From a virus, in IMG/VR virus record IMGVR_UViG_3300008116_000004: DNA of 64,000 bases. One strand, written 5' to 3'. Under the pieces are notes generated by a model that was not told the origin of the DNA, did not search any database, and saw only the letters and a program-made list of their open reading frames with translations. A program made the translations under genes and the position numbers. Shown here piece by piece: positions 62,654-64,000 of the stretch; the stretch's first letter is position 1, and each line of letters begins with the position of its first letter.

Positions 62654-63435
62654 AACTTTCTAAACTGTTCAATATTACCTTTAATAAACTCAAGTTGCAT
62701 ATCTGTTACTTCTTCAGACATGTACTCAATAAGCTTAGTAGAGATCTTATCATCAAGACCAGTAGGACGATACTGCACACCATTTAATCCGTGAACAATA
62801 GGATTAGAAGTATCCACAGAATCAATCCACTTGTAATCTTTATAAGCAATAAACTCTTGAGGAAGACCGCAGCCGAGAAGGTGATGAGGCTTGTTAGTAT
62901 CAATAATACCATCATTGAGAAGATCACTCAATAGTTTCTGACGACCTAGCATCCAAGCTGCATACTTATTAATAGGTCTAAGATTTTCTGTTGATGCAAT
63001 ATAATATGAGTAATCAAAAGAGATTGCAACTTTATCTACACGAGGTGCAATGTCTTTATAGCAGTCAACTATCTCTTTATAAGTCTTCCCTTGTACAACA
63101 CCTATTGACTTAATAGAAGGATTTACTGCATACTTTGCTAGCCATTTATCCATCTTACGTAGAGTACCTAGAGTATCTTCTAAGATGTCAGGTATAATAT
63201 ACCAAGTAGGTTGTAATTTCTCAATCCATTTGAAGTATACATCACCGTCAAATGACTCGCCTAATTCAAAGATAGAATTATCAAGAATAACTTCACGACC
63301 ATTAATTACTGCATCCTTGAACATACGGTAGTATACCATATTAGATTCAAAAAGATGAACCAATGCATAATCATAATCGGTCATGCGCTGGACAGTAGGA
63401 AATATACTTATAGGAGCTTCATGCGCAATTTTCAT
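62644..63435 (-). CDS. TGT-like DNA transglycosylase (DpdA-like)
   Basis: ILDNSIFE, PDIL, GVVQG, HHLLG, SVDTS motifs of the TGT-like barrel; inside the que cluster. Confidence 0.7.
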   Translation of the reverse strand: MKIAHEAPISIFPTVQRMTDYDYALVHLFESNMVYYRMFKDAVINGREVILDNSIFELGESFDGDVYFKWIEKLQPTWYIIPDILEDTLGTLRKMDKWLAKYAVNPSIKSIGVVQGKTYKEIVDCYKDIAPRVDKVAISFDYSYYIASTENLRPINKYAAWMLGRQKLLSDLLNDGIIDTNKPHHLLGCGLPQEFIAYKDYKWIDSVDTSNPIVHGLNGVQYRPTGLDDKISTKLIEYMSEEVTDMQLEFIKGNIEQFRKFCN

Positions 63436-63793
63436 TCAATACACCTTTATTCATAATAGCAAAGATCTGTTGAATCTCATCATAGTTCCATTTGCGCATT
63501 TCTGTAATGCCAGAAATTTGATCTGGTTCATACCAATTATGAAATTTATTTTCTTTGCCTTTTATAGTATCCATTATTAGCTTTTCTAATGATAATGCTT
63601 CTTCTTCTGTTTCACAATAAACTGAATGCATTACTTTAATGTCAGTAAAGTAGTTACTAATAGGATAAGGCTCATCAGAACCTCTATACATAAGTCTATC
63701 CATAGCATCTCTAGACTTAGTAATACCTACTTTATATACTACTTTAGGAATAGCAGTAGTACGTTTAAGTTTAGCCAAATAAACTTTATACAT
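63419..63793 (-). CDS. Hypothetical protein (GIY-YIG-like)
   Basis: VYLA...YKVGITK....R...A..LE. Confidence 0.45.
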   Translation of the reverse strand: MYKVYLAKLKRTTAIPKVVYKVGITKSRDAMDRLMYRGSDEPYPISNYFTDIKVMHSVYCETEEEALSLEKLIMDTIKGKENKFHNWYEPDQISGITEMRKWNYDEIQQIFAIMNKGVLNENCA

Positions 63794-64000
63794 AATGAAT
63801 CATCCAATCCACTACTAGATTAGTATTTTTAACTTTCCTTTTATCCTGACTATTAAGTGATGGTGAATAAAGAAATTCATTATTAGCAAGATCTGCTTTT
63901 TTATAAAACTCATCATGCGGTATTTTAGACACAAACTGATTAAAACGATCTATAATCTTAAGAGTATCAAATCTATTTTCTTTACCTACAATACCTTTCA

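Noticed and set aside
1-64000. CRISPR array, integrase or transposase
   Set aside because: No regularly spaced direct repeats and no recombinase or transposase ORFs seen.
63794-64000. Partial CDS at the right edge
   Set aside because: Truncated by the window, with no recognisable motif and an ambiguous frame.

Overview
This is a 64 kb segment of a large, AT-rich T4-like myovirus genome, coded mostly on the minus strand. The host is probably an alphaproteobacterium, judged from a tRNA-His lacking G-1 with A73, a GapR homolog, a DUF1127 protein and an Omp25-like porin. From left to right it holds: (1) a porin, thyX, speD and lysis/nuclease genes; (2) a glycan/methylation cluster with yhhQ and guaC; (3) an autotransporter-like protein; (4) most of the 26 tRNA genes found in the window (19 amino acids, none for Phe), interspersed with unclassified structured RNAs; (5) the T4 replication core (41, uvsX, 43, regA, 62, 44, 45), split by a ~15 kb accessory island carrying a curli-type secretion operon linked to FecR and a CHASE2 adenylate cyclase; (6) a 7-deazaguanine DNA-modification cluster (GATase, queC, queF, PurN-like formyltransferase, DpdA-like TGT). 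The most notable observation is an unannotated 34-codon leader ORF (32417-32521) that uses all 20 amino acids. It lies behind a perfect T4 late promoter and overlaps an antiterminator/terminator switch directly upstream of the tRNA array, and a second similar switch sits at 31037-31097. This suggests a translation-sensing attenuator that turns on phage tRNA synthesis when any tRNA becomes limiting. All calls come from reading the sequence by eye; no database searches or folding programs were run.
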